Assembly: GCA_041661865.1 (NCBI GenBank)
Contig: JBAZTO010000016.1
Span: 2,201-66,200 of the forward strand
Length of the DNA: 64,000 nucleotides
From: Phycisphaerae bacterium
Lineage (GTDB): Bacteria; Planctomycetota; Phycisphaerae; SM23-33
Direction of reading: 5' to 3'
Shown here: one piece after another, positions 51,065 through 61,522 of the stretch
Layout of the letters: each line of letters opens with the position of its first letter
How positions within the stretch are numbered: position 1 is the first letter of the stretch
The notes under the pieces: generated by a model
Databases searched by the model: none
Told to the model about the DNA's origin: nothing
What the model saw: the letters and a program-made list of their open reading frames with translations, nothing else
Translations under genes and position numbers: made by a program

Positions 51065-52768
51065 TCACGGGTTCCATTCCGCCGGCGCGGTGGAGACCGA
51101 CTCCAAGGCCTGGACATTCTCGCGCGGCGGCTCCAGGCCGAGTTTGCGGCACTGGATCAGGTCCGCCCAGGCTCGGTCGTACTGCTTCGGGTCGCGCTGC
51201 CCCAGGCGGAAGCAGCAACCGGCGCGAGCCATGTACGCGCCGGCCAGCTTCGGCCGAAGTTCGATCACGCGGGAATAGTCGTGTGCGGCCTGGTCGAACC
51301 GGCCTAGCTTCTTGAGGAGGTTTCCGCGATACATGAAGATTTCCCAGTCATTCGGATCGAGCCGCGCGGCGATGTCGTACTCGCCCATCGCCTCGTCGAG
51401 CCGCCCCGCCTGTTCGAGGTGCAGCCCCAGGCAGTTGTGCGCCCGCTGGTTATCGGGGCGCAGCGTCAGCGTCTGCCGCCAGATGACGATGGCGCTGCGG
51501 TAGTCCTCGTTCCGCTGGCGCGTGCCGACCAGGAGCGCCGTGACAATCCCGACGGCCCCCAGCGCCATGCCCACGGCGACCATCGCCCCCGGCACCCGGC
51601 CGCTCGCGAGCAGGCCCATGAGCAGGGATGCGCCGACCACCACGACTGAGACCAGGGCCGCCAGCGGCAGGTACATCCGGTGCTCGAAGGCCAGGTCCGC
51701 CAGCGGGATGAAGCTCGATGTCGGCGCCAGCACCATGAAGAACACTGCCCCCGCGAAGCCCCATCTCGGCCGGCGAACCAGGGCCCACAGCGTCGCGCCC
51801 AGCAGCGTGCAGATCACGATCGCGCCCGGCACGACTTCCCCAGCCGAGCGGGCGAGCTTCCAGTCGTAGTCCAGGCACAGCGGGTGCGGCCAGAATGAAA
51901 GCGACAGGTAGTGCAGCACCACGCCCGCCTCCGTGGCCGCGTACACCAGCGGGTTGGCGGCGGCTGCACCGGCGGTCCCGCCGCGGTCTCCGCTGACAAA
52001 CGCCAGTGCCACCAGCAGGCCCCACGTCGCCGCAAGCGCCAAGTACAGCCCCCATCGGGCCGACAACGCCTTGCGGAACGAGCCGGCGATGAACGCCCGA
52101 TCGAGCAGCAGCACCGCCAGCGGCACCGAGGCCATCGGCTCCTTGGTCGCCATTCCGGCGGCACACGCCGCCACGGAGGCCACGTACCACCACGCCGCTC
52201 GACGCGACGCGCTGCCGCGCAGCATGCAGTAGAGCGTCAGCAGATACAGCAGCGCCATCATCGACTCGACGCGCTGGATCACATACGTCACGGCCGCCGT
52301 CGTCAGCGGGTGGACCGCCCAGATCATGGCCGTCGCCAGCGCCAGCCAGCCGGCCGACTGTCGCAGCCGCGGCGGCATGCCGGGCGTACGCAGCAATCGA
52401 TTGAGCAGGCCGAATAAGGCCAGTGCCGCCAACACGTGCATGGCGACGTTGAAGACATGATACGAGAACACATCCAGGCCGCTGATTGCGTAGTTGGCCG
52501 CGAGCGAAAGCACGAGCAGGGGCCGGCCCTGCGTGGTGCTGCCGGGCTCCTGCCGGGCGGCCAGCAGCTCATGCACCGGCCAGCAGCGGCGGATCGTCGC
52601 GTTGTCCGTGATCGAGCCGGTATCGTCCAGGACGAACTCGCCCCACAGTCCGTTGGAGTAGGCGGCCACGGTCACGATCACCAGGAACGCGCCGCCCAGC
52701 CATGCGAACCCTCGCGGCGGGCGGGCCGTGGCGGACGAGTCCGAACTTGTTCGTTTGGGACCGGGCAT
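51065..52768 (-). CDS. TMTC-like GT-C membrane protein with C-terminal TPRs (putative protein O-mannosyltransferase)
   Basis: EFVLDD, GRPL, HVFNVAMH, WAVHPLTT.AV.Y..QR.E, KE, FWPHPL..DY, FEHRMYLP, RNEDYRS...W, TPR repeats. Confidence 0.82.
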   Translation of the reverse strand: MPGPKRTSSDSSATARPPRGFAWLGGAFLVIVTVAAYSNGLWGEFVLDDTGSITDNATIRRCWPVHELLAARQEPGSTTQGRPLLVLSLAANYAISGLDVFSYHVFNVAMHVLAALALFGLLNRLLRTPGMPPRLRQSAGWLALATAMIWAVHPLTTAAVTYVIQRVESMMALLYLLTLYCMLRGSASRRAAWWYVASVAACAAGMATKEPMASVPLAVLLLDRAFIAGSFRKALSARWGLYLALAATWGLLVALAFVSGDRGGTAGAAAANPLVYAATEAGVVLHYLSLSFWPHPLCLDYDWKLARSAGEVVPGAIVICTLLGATLWALVRRPRWGFAGAVFFMVLAPTSSFIPLADLAFEHRMYLPLAALVSVVVVGASLLMGLLASGRVPGAMVAVGMALGAVGIVTALLVGTRQRNEDYRSAIVIWRQTLTLRPDNQRAHNCLGLHLEQAGRLDEAMGEYDIAARLDPNDWEIFMYRGNLLKKLGRFDQAAHDYSRVIELRPKLAGAYMARAGCCFRLGQRDPKQYDRAWADLIQCRKLGLEPPRENVQALESVSTAPAEWNP

Positions 52769-52956
52769 GATTCGCGACGCCGATTCTACACGTTTGGGCC
52801 TGGAGACGATACTGAAGTGTCCGGCTTGGTTGGCTGAATCAAATCGTGCGTAGAGAACCTGATATGCGGGGAGGACGACGGGCCCCCTACGGCGATCTGA
52901 GCAGAGAGGCCGACACTACCGACAATCGACCGGTGATCTCACAAGAGACGCGGAGA

Positions 52957-54282
52957 TCAGCCGCCGGCGACTTCCCTGACTCGGAAGAGCGTTCGGCAAC
53001 CGTCCACGCTCAGCCCGACTCGGCCGGTGGTCGGCAAGGTGGCGATCTTTTCGCCATTGGCCCAAAGTGTCGTGGAACCGCCCTCCTGGCTCACCTTCAG
53101 GACATCGTCGCCGTTGCCCCGTTTGAGATCGCTCTCGGAGACCGTCGCCCATGCGCCACCCTGGCGGTGCATGATTCGGATCTTGTGATCGCCAATCACC
53201 TGGAAGAGGTGAAACTCCGTCGGCGACTGGTAAGCGAAGACCAGGCCCGCCGCGCCGCCCGCCGTCTGCGGCTGGATGTCCACCGTCAGGGCCTGGGGTG
53301 TCTGTTTCAGGATAGTCATGGCGTTGGCCTTGGATTCGCTCTCAATGGCCTCGCCCCGCTGCTGCCAGCCAATCCAGACGATCTGCCACGGCTGGGAGTG
53401 ACTGACGATCCATTCGCGATACTCCTGGGAAAAACTGGCATAATCGCGACCAAAGGCCCGCTTCCAGGTCTCGTCCGCGTCGGCTCGTTGATCGAGCCCC
53501 GCGCTGAGTTGACGGAACTGGTCGGGGTACTTGTTCACGAGGAAGTGCACCAGGGCCCACGATTCCGGCCGCCCGGCGCGGGGAAGCATAGCACCCAGGT
53601 CGCTGCCGGCCGCTTCAAATTTCCAAAGCGCCTTGGCAGGATAATCCTCCAGCGTGATGGCTGGAATGACGCCGGTCTGAAGGCGCCGGCCATCCCAGTT
53701 GTGCATCGCGAAATACTCCGCGAGGCCCTCGGTATACCAGTTGGTCGATGGAAACTGGTTGCCCGTGGATGTGAGCCAATGGAACTGGTGAGTGGCTTCG
53801 TGCAACAGCACATGCCTCGTGAAGTAGGCCGACGGCTGGACCCAGACGTAGGCCTTTCGTGTGGCTGGAGCATAGTACCCACCGGCATACAACACTGCCT
53901 GGCCATCGGCCTGAAGGGCTGCGGCCCACTTCTCGCGCGTGGCGTAGAGGGCCAGGGGCAGGCGTCCCGAGGGAGCGGATCCAAAATACCGGGTGAGCTG
54001 CGCGTGGAGCTGTTCGAGCATGTTGCCGACCTCGGCTGCGTCCAACCCTTCGACGTAAAGGTCGTAATGCTCGGTTCGCAGCTCCGTGCCGGACCCGCCG
54101 GCAGGCTGGGCCACCACCGACGACGCCACAGCGCTTTGAACGCAGGCGCCCAGGCAGATTACTGCCGCCAGCACCCTTGCCAGGCTGCCAGGGGCGAGGG
54201 AGAAAGGCGGGAAGCTCAACGGCCCGGCCGAGGGAATGCTTTCCGCGAAACGAGAATGCAGAATTCGTTTTGCGTCTGTCAC
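52957..54282 (-). CDS. DUF1570/peptidase MA-like protein (HExxH) with C-terminal beta-sandwich domain
   Basis: GGYY, LLHEATHQF, WYTEGLAEYF, SWALVHFL; C-terminal AGLVF...V.....NG beta domain. Confidence 0.72.
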   Translation of the reverse strand: MTDAKRILHSRFAESIPSAGPLSFPPFSLAPGSLARVLAAVICLGACVQSAVASSVVAQPAGGSGTELRTEHYDLYVEGLDAAEVGNMLEQLHAQLTRYFGSAPSGRLPLALYATREKWAAALQADGQAVLYAGGYYAPATRKAYVWVQPSAYFTRHVLLHEATHQFHWLTSTGNQFPSTNWYTEGLAEYFAMHNWDGRRLQTGVIPAITLEDYPAKALWKFEAAGSDLGAMLPRAGRPESWALVHFLVNKYPDQFRQLSAGLDQRADADETWKRAFGRDYASFSQEYREWIVSHSQPWQIVWIGWQQRGEAIESESKANAMTILKQTPQALTVDIQPQTAGGAAGLVFAYQSPTEFHLFQVIGDHKIRIMHRQGGAWATVSESDLKRGNGDDVLKVSQEGGSTTLWANGEKIATLPTTGRVGLSVDGCRTLFRVREVAGG

Positions 54283-54284
54283 GA

Positions 54285-55253
54285 TTACTCTCCTAGGGAC
54301 CGCTGAAAATCTCTCTCCAACGGTTCAATGGGGCCAAAAACTTCGGCGAATCGTCGCTCGGGGGATTGGCGGCTTTTCGGCCACCCGCTTATGTATTCCT
54401 TGAGTTCCTGACGGTGATGCAGGAACAAGTAGCGAAACAGGCCCCAGGCCTGGGCATACGCGTCTCGGGCGCTTTGGTCCTGCCCTGAGGACAGGCTCAT
54501 CATCCTGACAAAGCTGCTCAGTGGAATTAATCGGCCATTTGCCTTGAGTTGGATCAGCCGGGATCGGTAGCCGGCATCGCTCCGAGACAGGCCGTACGCG
54601 CCCGATTCATCGGCCTCGAAGTTCGTGGCCAGCCCCTCGGTGACCCAAAACGGGTAGTTGACGCCCCTTTGCTGCAGCCCGCTATTGAAGGCCAATTGAT
54701 GGGCCAGTTCGTGGGTGACGGTCCTGAGATTCAGGCCGTCGCTGCCTGAGCCGCTGTAAGATCCGCTGGGGGCGGCGCTAACCGCCGATTGCGCGGAGAT
54801 GCGATTGGACATCCCTCTCGCGCCGCCGGGGAAACGGACGATGGCCACGCGATTGGTGCGGTGCGAATAGTATCCGCCCATCCACGACGCCTCCACGTCG
54901 TCGACCAGACGCGCGTAACTGTCCAACTGCGAATAAGAATCGACGCAGACGCAGACGAGTTTGTCTGACGAAGGCCGGGGCAGGAAGCCCGCGCCCGCAA
55001 AAGATGCGTAAAACTGCTGTCGCACCTGCTCAAGGAAAACGCCCGTGGCGGCCGCCGATGCACCGTCGGCCGAGGACAGCAGAACAAAATGATCCGTTGG
55101 GTGGGCTTGAAGGCTCGCACCGCTTTGGGCTGCCTCGCTGATGCAACGATCAGCATCATTGACCGACGCCGCGATGCCCGTTCCGGAATTGGCGATACGG
55201 CCCCCTGTGAGCAAAGCCAGCGCCACAGCTAACAACCGACGCTTTTGATGCAC
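54285..55253 (-). CDS. DUF1570 domain protein (HExxH zincin-like)
   Basis: Signal peptide; GGYYS, TVTHELAHQLAFNSGL, PFWVTEGLAT.FE, YAQAWGLF.YL. Confidence 0.8.
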   Translation of the reverse strand: MHQKRRLLAVALALLTGGRIANSGTGIAASVNDADRCISEAAQSGASLQAHPTDHFVLLSSADGASAAATGVFLEQVRQQFYASFAGAGFLPRPSSDKLVCVCVDSYSQLDSYARLVDDVEASWMGGYYSHRTNRVAIVRFPGGARGMSNRISAQSAVSAAPSGSYSGSGSDGLNLRTVTHELAHQLAFNSGLQQRGVNYPFWVTEGLATNFEADESGAYGLSRSDAGYRSRLIQLKANGRLIPLSSFVRMMSLSSGQDQSARDAYAQAWGLFRYLFLHHRQELKEYISGWPKSRQSPERRFAEVFGPIEPLERDFQRSLGE

Positions 55254-55774
55254 GCGAACCTCTCAACTCTAACTGCTTAGGCGTAAGGGAAACCAGTACG
55301 CTCGCGTAGGACTACTCTGTAGGCCGTCACAAGTCAAGTCCCTGGCCGTAGCGTCGAGTCGGCAAATCGGGGGGATCGTCAGGCGGCTTGACATGGCAAG
55401 CTCGGCCAAGTCAAGACCGACGGGAGGGTTGAGAGGATTCGCAGGCCGGCAAGCGGCGCGAATTCAACAGGAGAAAAAAAGTGAGAAAAATAGAGAGAAA
55501 GGCGGAAACGGCAAGAGTGCCCCTATGGATCGCAAAAAATAGCCTCCACGCTACAATCTGTCGTAGCATGGAGGCGAGGACTCCACATGCGGTGCCATCA
55601 GCACTCGCGGTGTGACCTGCGTGTCCTTTGGCGTGAGCCCCCCAATCCAGGGGGCGGCTGAGCCACACTTCTTCAGCGGGCCGCTGCCCGGCATCTCCTC
55701 AGCTATAGCCCTGCCGAGGAGTCCCGGGCAGCGTCCACCGCTTGCAGGCCACTTGGTCTTGTCCGCTGCAAGGC

Positions 55775-56752
55775 TTACGGGCCAGTCATGATGAGCACTT
55801 CAACGCGCCCTTCGCGCCGCAGCTTGGGATCGCCGAAAGCGCCGACCTTGATCCTGTCGGACGGCACCCCGTTCTGGATCAGCGAGTCACGCACCGCATC
55901 GACGCGCTGTTCGTTCAGATCCCGGCGAGAACCCGTGTAGCCGTCGATCCCGAGCGTCAGCGACGGGTTGCGCTTCACGTAGTCCGCCATCTCCGCCGTC
56001 ATGCTCCTCTGGGAATCAAGGATGTCGGCGCTGCCGCTGTTGAACCAGAACTCCCTGTAAGAAACCCAGCACGGGACGATGCCCGCAGGGCCTTGCGGAC
56101 CTTTTTCACCCGCAGGGCCTGTGGAGCCTGGAGGGCCTGCCGGTCCCGGCGGGCCGGCTACGACCGCACCAACCGGACCTTGGTTGCCGACCTCACCCGC
56201 AGGGCCTGCAGGGCCGGCAAAACCTGTCGGACCGGCGGGGCCCGCAGGGCCGACCAGCGTTGGCCCCCTATCGCCCACCTCACCGTACGGGCCTGTGGCG
56301 CCTTTAGGTCCGGGCGGACCCACTGGGCCTGTCGGGGCCATTGCCGTTGGGCCCGACTCGCCAAGCGGTCCGGCAGCACCTTCTGGGCCTCGCTGCCCCA
56401 TCGGGCCCACTGGACCCATCGGACCTACTGCAATTTCGCCTGCCGGGCCTCTGGCTCCCGTGGGGCCCTGGTCACCCATCGGACCGGGAGGGCCTTGCGG
56501 TCCAGGAGCACCGACCATCGTGGCCCCCACCGGGCCGCCAGGTCCTGCTGCACCTTGACCGCCCATGGGACCCGCGGGCCCCTGTGGGCCTCGCGCACCC
56601 ACAAAGTCAATCATGCAAACTTCCGGCCGCAGTGAAGGCTCCACCTTGGCACTTGGCTTGCAAATGGGACAGTTGGCACATCCGGCCAGGAACACGGCCG
56701 TCAGGGCCAGCGCCCCTCCTCTCATAATCGCTCTTCGTTCCATCATGTTCAT
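55775..56752 (-). CDS. Lipoprotein: Cys-rich N-terminus - segmented collagen (Gly-X-Y) rod - OmpA-like C-terminal domain
   Basis: Lipobox FLAGC; about 55 Gly-X-Y triplets in six blocks; C-terminal [10 protein letters not shown]...LGIDGYT...[19 protein letters not shown]...RVEV. Confidence 0.88.
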   Translation of the reverse strand: MNMMERRAIMRGGALALTAVFLAGCANCPICKPSAKVEPSLRPEVCMIDFVGARGPQGPAGPMGGQGAAGPGGPVGATMVGAPGPQGPPGPMGDQGPTGARGPAGEIAVGPMGPVGPMGQRGPEGAAGPLGESGPTAMAPTGPVGPPGPKGATGPYGEVGDRGPTLVGPAGPAGPTGFAGPAGPAGEVGNQGPVGAVVAGPPGPAGPPGSTGPAGEKGPQGPAGIVPCWVSYREFWFNSGSADILDSQRSMTAEMADYVKRNPSLTLGIDGYTGSRRDLNEQRVDAVRDSLIQNGVPSDRIKVGAFGDPKLRREGRVEVLIMTGP

Positions 56753-57184
56753 CCTACCTTTCTGGCCTGCCGACGGGCCACCCGCAACGTTTGATAACCC
56801 AATTCGAACGCAGTTTTGGGGCCGGCCGATCCTGAAGCGTGCCAGCCTTACGCCTCGGAACCAGCCGTGCTCCACGCGTAAGTCTACGCGGGTGCGAGTG
56901 CGCTTCCGTCGAGCAGCATCCCTGATTCTGTCGTCGGGGCCTTGCTATCCCGCATGCAGGGAAATTCCCGTGGATAATCAAGATTTGCCCCTAAAGGCCA
57001 CGCCGCACACTGCCGGCTGCCCACCTCCATTCCCGCGCCGCGTGTTCGATGTTCCCCCTCGGCGGAGAATATGCCGCTCCCATCTCATCCCTCAAGGAAG
57101 CATGGCCCGGACGGGCTGAAGACATGGAGAATTACACATGAGCTATTTGGGCTCCCCGCGGCCTCCGTGGAGGCCTGCCCCAAA

Positions 57185-57571
57185 TCATGTGGCATCCTGG
57201 CGCAAGTACTCCTGGTATCGATGTGCGTCCATCAGGCTCGCCAATTCGTCGGCGTCCGAAAGCGACATTTCGTAGAGCCACCCCTTTCCATAGGGGTCGG
57301 AGTTGACCAGTCCGGGGGCATCGGCCAACGCCTCATTGACTGTTACGATCGCTCCCGAAACCGGTACATCGAGGCCGACGCTTGCTTTCGACGACTCCAC
57401 GGCCGCCGCTTCCTCACCCTTGGCCAGCCTCTTGCCGACGGGCGGAAGTTCCACATGGATGATCTCCCCCAGGGTCTCCTGGCCGTGGTCGGTCAAACCG
57501 ACAACAACGGTCGAATCGCGACGGGCAACCCATTCGTGTTGGCGGGTATACAATAAGGTCTCAGGCGTCAC
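57185..57571 (-). CDS. gcvH: Glycine cleavage H (lipoyl carrier) protein, orphan
   Basis: YTRQHEWV, VGLTDHGQ..LG.I..VELP.VG, VESSKA (lipoyl Lys), PVSG.I..VN..L...P.LVN.DPYG.GWL. Confidence 0.92.
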   Translation of the reverse strand: MTPETLLYTRQHEWVARRDSTVVVGLTDHGQETLGEIIHVELPPVGKRLAKGEEAAAVESSKASVGLDVPVSGAIVTVNEALADAPGLVNSDPYGKGWLYEMSLSDADELASLMDAHRYQEYLRQDAT

Positions 57572-57769
57572 TCTGTCAGACTCCTTTATTGCCTTGACGG
57601 TTCGGTTCGTGCCTGCCGATACTCAAATACACAGGGATTCTGCCTGCCATGTGTCAAGATGGCAGAAGACCCTTGCTTGAAGCACGAAGCCGTGTACGTC
57701 GATTATCTATCATATACTGGCCGTATGCGTTGCACACAAGACCGGAACCTGTTCGGAGAAGCATGAACG

Positions 57770-58987
57770 ATGTTTGGAATGCGAATTGTCGTTGTGACGT
57801 TCTGCGTCACGGCAATCCTGTCGGCCGTGGCCTACGCGGCCGGTGCGCAGGGAACCCAGCCCACTTCCGTCCCGGCTGAAACCCACTTACGAATCGTCTA
57901 TTTCTACAGCCCCACATGCCTCAAATGCGAGGAACTCAAGAAGGTTCTCGACCGCGCGGAAAAACGATGGGGCGACGGGATCTCCATTGAGCGTCACAAC
58001 ATCCAGGAAGCCAAGGGCCTGGACCTGATGCTCGAGTACGAAGACCGGTATGGATCGGAAGAGGCGGCGGCCCCGAAGATATTCCTGGGCAGGCAATACC
58101 TCGCGGGGGCGGACAACATCATGCGGCGCCTCGACGATGTGATCGCCAAGGAACTTCCAGCGGCGCCCACGACCCAGAGCATGCCGGCCAGCACCCCCGC
58201 CGCGACCACTTCGGCCGCAACGACCCGCACGGATTCGGCGGATGAGCAACCCTTGTTCATCAAGCGGTTCGGCTCCTTCCGCGTGGCGGCCCTGATTTCC
58301 GCCGGGCTGATAGACGGGGTCAACCCCTGCGCGTTCACGACGGTCGTGTTTCTGCTCTCCACCCTCACCTACCTGCACAAGAGCCGTCGCGATGTGGCCA
58401 TCGTGGGGACCAGTTTCACCGTTGCCGTCTTTGTGACCTATCTGCTCCTGGGCCTTGGCATGTTCGGCGCCATCAAGGTGTTCGCCGTCTCGCACGGCGT
58501 CTCGGCGGCTCTGACCTACGTCATCGGGGCCTTGACGCTCGCATTGGCGGTCTGGAGCTTCATCGACGGCGTGCGATTCGTCCGGACGGGCAAGGTGCCG
58601 GCCGGTGCCCTGGGCATGCCCCAGTGGGCCAAGAAAGGCGTCCACAAGGTGATCCGGACGGGACTCAAGACCTCCAGCCTGGCCATCGGCTCCTTTGGCA
58701 TGGGATGCCTGGTGTCCCTGTTGGAGTCCGTTTGCACGGGGCAGGTCTACCTGCCCACCATCATGCTCGTCGTCCGAACGCCCGGCCTGAGCCTTCACGC
58801 CTTCGGCTACCTGATCCTGTACAACGTGATGTTCATCCTGCCTCTGGTCGCGATCCTCATTGCCAGCTACTGGTTCACCGGCTCCGACCGCCTAGGCCGG
58901 TTGATGCAACGTCACCTCGGGGCGGCCAAGTTTCTCCTGGCTGCATTGTTCCTGGGGCTGGGCCTGCTGCTGCTGGCAACGGTGTGA
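57770..58987 (+). CDS. Thioredoxin/glutaredoxin-like (CxxC) domain fused to a CcdA/DsbD-like transmembrane domain
   Basis: Signal peptide; YFYSPTCLKC; AGLIDGVNPCAF and LLESVCTGQVY (the two TM Cys); YLILYN.MF.LPL. Confidence 0.85.
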   Translation: MFGMRIVVVTFCVTAILSAVAYAAGAQGTQPTSVPAETHLRIVYFYSPTCLKCEELKKVLDRAEKRWGDGISIERHNIQEAKGLDLMLEYEDRYGSEEAAAPKIFLGRQYLAGADNIMRRLDDVIAKELPAAPTTQSMPASTPAATTSAATTRTDSADEQPLFIKRFGSFRVAALISAGLIDGVNPCAFTTVVFLLSTLTYLHKSRRDVAIVGTSFTVAVFVTYLLLGLGMFGAIKVFAVSHGVSAALTYVIGALTLALAVWSFIDGVRFVRTGKVPAGALGMPQWAKKGVHKVIRTGLKTSSLAIGSFGMGCLVSLLESVCTGQVYLPTIMLVVRTPGLSLHAFGYLILYNVMFILPLVAILIASYWFTGSDRLGRLMQRHLGAAKFLLAALFLGLGLLLLATV

Positions 58988-59007
58988 GTTAGAAACTACC
59001 TCCGAAC

Positions 59008-59058
59008 GTAGCATGGGCATCTTGCCCATGAGTATCACGGGCGAGACGCCCGTGCTAC
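59008..59058. repeat. REP-like doublet (GTAGCA..GGG family)
   Basis: GTAGCATGGGCATCTTGCCCATG-AGTAT-CACGGGCGAGACGCCCGTGCTAC, between convergent genes; related to 16442-16466. Confidence 0.85.
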
Positions 59059-59076
59059 GGGTTTTGAGATAGTCCC

Positions 59077-59670
59077 TCAGTCCTTCACGCGGCACTTGAC
59101 CCACAGGGAGATTTGTTTCCGCCGCGGATCATCGGTGACAAGAATCAGCCTGGACACGTAGGGCACGGCCACGTTCGGGGCAACAAATTTAACTTTCACG
59201 CGGGTGGCGCCTGTCGCCGCCAGTTCCTTGGGCGGGTTGACGGCTGTGATGCACCCGCAATCGCCGCGAATCTTGCTGATTCGTACCGTACGGCCTGAGG
59301 GGTTTTCGATCGTGAACGTGACGGTGTGCTTGCTGTCCTTGCGGATCTCCCCGAGATTGCATGTGGCTTCCGTCCCGAAAAACGACGGCATGTGCTTGGC
59401 GGTTCCCTCCACCGGCGCCGGAGCTGTCGCCGTCGTCGGGCCGGAGGACGCCACGGGTTGGGTTGCCTGCACTTCACTGCCGGCCGGGCGCGACTCGGCC
59501 GTCGCGACAGGGCGCACCGACGTCGCCGACGCCACATCGCAGCCCATGAGGATGCTGAGAGTCTCCCACAGCAGGAGTACTGCCGTCAGGCTCAGCAGGC
59601 CCAAGGCGAGTTTACAGCCCGTAACGGTCTGATAGACGCACTTGGCGCCCGCCGGGTCGAACCTTCTCAT
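59077..59670 (-). CDS. DUF1573 (Ig-like) domain exported protein
   Basis: N-terminal TM helix, Pro/Thr linker, NLGEI....H.VTFTIEN.S...V.I..I.GDCGCIT. Confidence 0.78.
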   Translation of the reverse strand: MRRFDPAGAKCVYQTVTGCKLALGLLSLTAVLLLWETLSILMGCDVASATSVRPVATAESRPAGSEVQATQPVASSGPTTATAPAPVEGTAKHMPSFFGTEATCNLGEIRKDSKHTVTFTIENPSGRTVRISKIRGDCGCITAVNPPKELAATGATRVKVKFVAPNVAVPYVSRLILVTDDPRRKQISLWVKCRVKD

Positions 59671-60068
59671 AACGACCTCTTTTCCTTGGCGCCTGCCGGG
59701 CCGACCGGCCCTCGCGACGCCCCCATCCGTCCGGCCATTTTATCGCGAGATACCACAAACCTTCAAGGAACAGGATATCCCAGCAAGTCGGCATGAATTG
59801 AGCATGACCGAAATCGCTTCCCGGGCGGAAGCCGCAGCCAACCCGCGTGGGCATTGGCATCGGCCACGTAATCGGGGCTCGCGGCGAGAATCTGTCGCCA
59901 ACAGGCGCCACACCGTCATGCCGCGGATAGCACAAATATAATGTGTGCTTTGCGGCCTCGCCCCCAGCAGGGAAAGGCGTAAAGGCATAAGTGCCGATAA
60001 TTGTTTTGTGGGCAAGGATCTGTTTGTTACAGTAATTGGTGATTACTGTTTGCGAAGGAGAGAACGCG

Positions 60069-60746
60069 ATGATATCAGCCGCAATCCACAGCACCGGTTC
60101 GATCACCATCCCCCGTGCGGTTTCCGCTTGTGCCTGCTTCCTGGCTTGCACAGCCCTGGCCATTGGGAGCGCCGGCTGCGCCGAGGGCAACATCAGGCCC
60201 GTCAGCGAAACGGCGGACTTTCACAGGCAAATCGCCCGGTCCGACCGGCCGGTCCTGGTGGACTTCTACAAGGACAACTGCCCGACGTGCGTCATTCAAG
60301 AAGCTGAGCTGGATCAATTGCAGCAGGAGTATGGCGGCCGCGTGACGTTCATCAAGTTCAAGATCCGCGAAGCCACCATGGAGAGCGCCAGCCCGGAAGT
60401 CATGGACGAGTACAACCTGTTCTGGGTGCCGACGGTGATCCTCTTCGTCAAGGGTCAGGAAAAGCAACGCTGGGTTTTCAATCACCTCGCCGCGGAGTTT
60501 CGAGACCCCCTGGACCTGGCCCTGGCCAAGACGTCGCCGCAGGTCGCCGCGGGCAGGCCGGGGCAAGTGCCGGCCGGGAATACCACCCCCCCTGCCCCTA
60601 CAGGGTCAGCCCAGGTGCTGGCCAAGAAACCCGTACCCCCCGCTGCTCCTCCAGCAGCCGGCACGTGTACGGGGCAGGGATGCCCTCTTTACAGACCAGG
60701 CCCATCGGCCAATCTGGGAGCATTGGACCCAAGGAGTCCTAAATGA
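60069..60746 (+). CDS. Thioredoxin-fold lipoprotein (CPTC)
   Basis: SAGC lipobox-like; RPVLVDFYKDNCPTC; VPTVILFVKGQE; Pro-rich tail. Confidence 0.85.
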   Translation: MISAAIHSTGSITIPRAVSACACFLACTALAIGSAGCAEGNIRPVSETADFHRQIARSDRPVLVDFYKDNCPTCVIQEAELDQLQQEYGGRVTFIKFKIREATMESASPEVMDEYNLFWVPTVILFVKGQEKQRWVFNHLAAEFRDPLDLALAKTSPQVAAGRPGQVPAGNTTPPAPTGSAQVLAKKPVPPAAPPAAGTCTGQGCPLYRPGPSANLGALDPRSPK

Positions 60747-61294
60747 CAGACTTGTCTTCCGTGCTCGCCCGCACATTTCTGTCCGATGATCTCAAAGCGG
60801 CTAGGCAGCCTGGAAGCCGGGCAAAGCCTGGCTCCAGCCGCGTCGGGACAGTGGCCTGCGTCCTGCTGCTGGCCCTGGCCGGAGGATGTGGCGGCGGTGG
60901 GAAGGCCGTAGTGCTCAAGAACGCCGACGAGGTCAATGCCGCCATCTACGGCGACCCGCCTTCCCTCGTGATGTTTTACAAGCAGGGCTGCGCGACGTGC
61001 GTGGCGCTGGAGCCCACGTTCGACAAGTTGGCCAAGGAGTATAAAGGCCGGGCACTAGTCTCCAAGTACATGATCTACACGTTCACGTTCCACGTGAATT
61101 CGTGGGAACTCAAGAAGAAGTACGACATTGCCTTCGTTCCCACGGTCTTACTATTCGTGGATGGGCAAGAGAAGAAACGCTGGGTCGTGGACTACAAGAT
61201 CAACGACTATCGCAAGGCGCTAGACGAGGTTGTAGCCCCCACGGAGACCCAACCCTCCTCACAACTATCCTCAAGCCCGGCTGGAAAGCCCTGA
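60743..61294 (+). CDS. Thioredoxin-fold lipoprotein (CATC)
   Basis: LAGGC lipobox-like; LVMFYKQGCATCVALEP.F.KLA; VPTVLLFVDGQE; overlaps the previous gene by 4 nt. Confidence 0.85.
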   Translation: MTDLSSVLARTFLSDDLKAARQPGSRAKPGSSRVGTVACVLLLALAGGCGGGGKAVVLKNADEVNAAIYGDPPSLVMFYKQGCATCVALEPTFDKLAKEYKGRALVSKYMIYTFTFHVNSWELKKKYDIAFVPTVLLFVDGQEKKRWVVDYKINDYRKALDEVVAPTETQPSSQLSSSPAGKP

Positions 61295-61522
61295 GGCCCA
61301 ACGGCAAGGTCTTCTCCTGAAAGCCCGGACGCCGCGACGGCCCGTGGCGGTTGTTGGTCCCAGGATCAAACAGCCTCAAATTCTGTTGCGTTCCACATCT
61401 CTCAGTGCTTAAATTGCCGCGTACATTTCAGCGAGGCCCGGGGATGAAAAAGGCATCGTCGAAAGTTCGGCGAGTCAGTGTCCTGAGCCCCGGCCGGGTG
61501 TCATGACAAGGAGATTGCCGGT

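Noticed and set aside
55254-55774. 520-bp intergenic region with hairpins and repeated AAGTCAAG/CTTGAC motifs
   Set aside because: No recognisable RNA family or convincing ORF; consistent with promoter sequence plus degenerate repeats.
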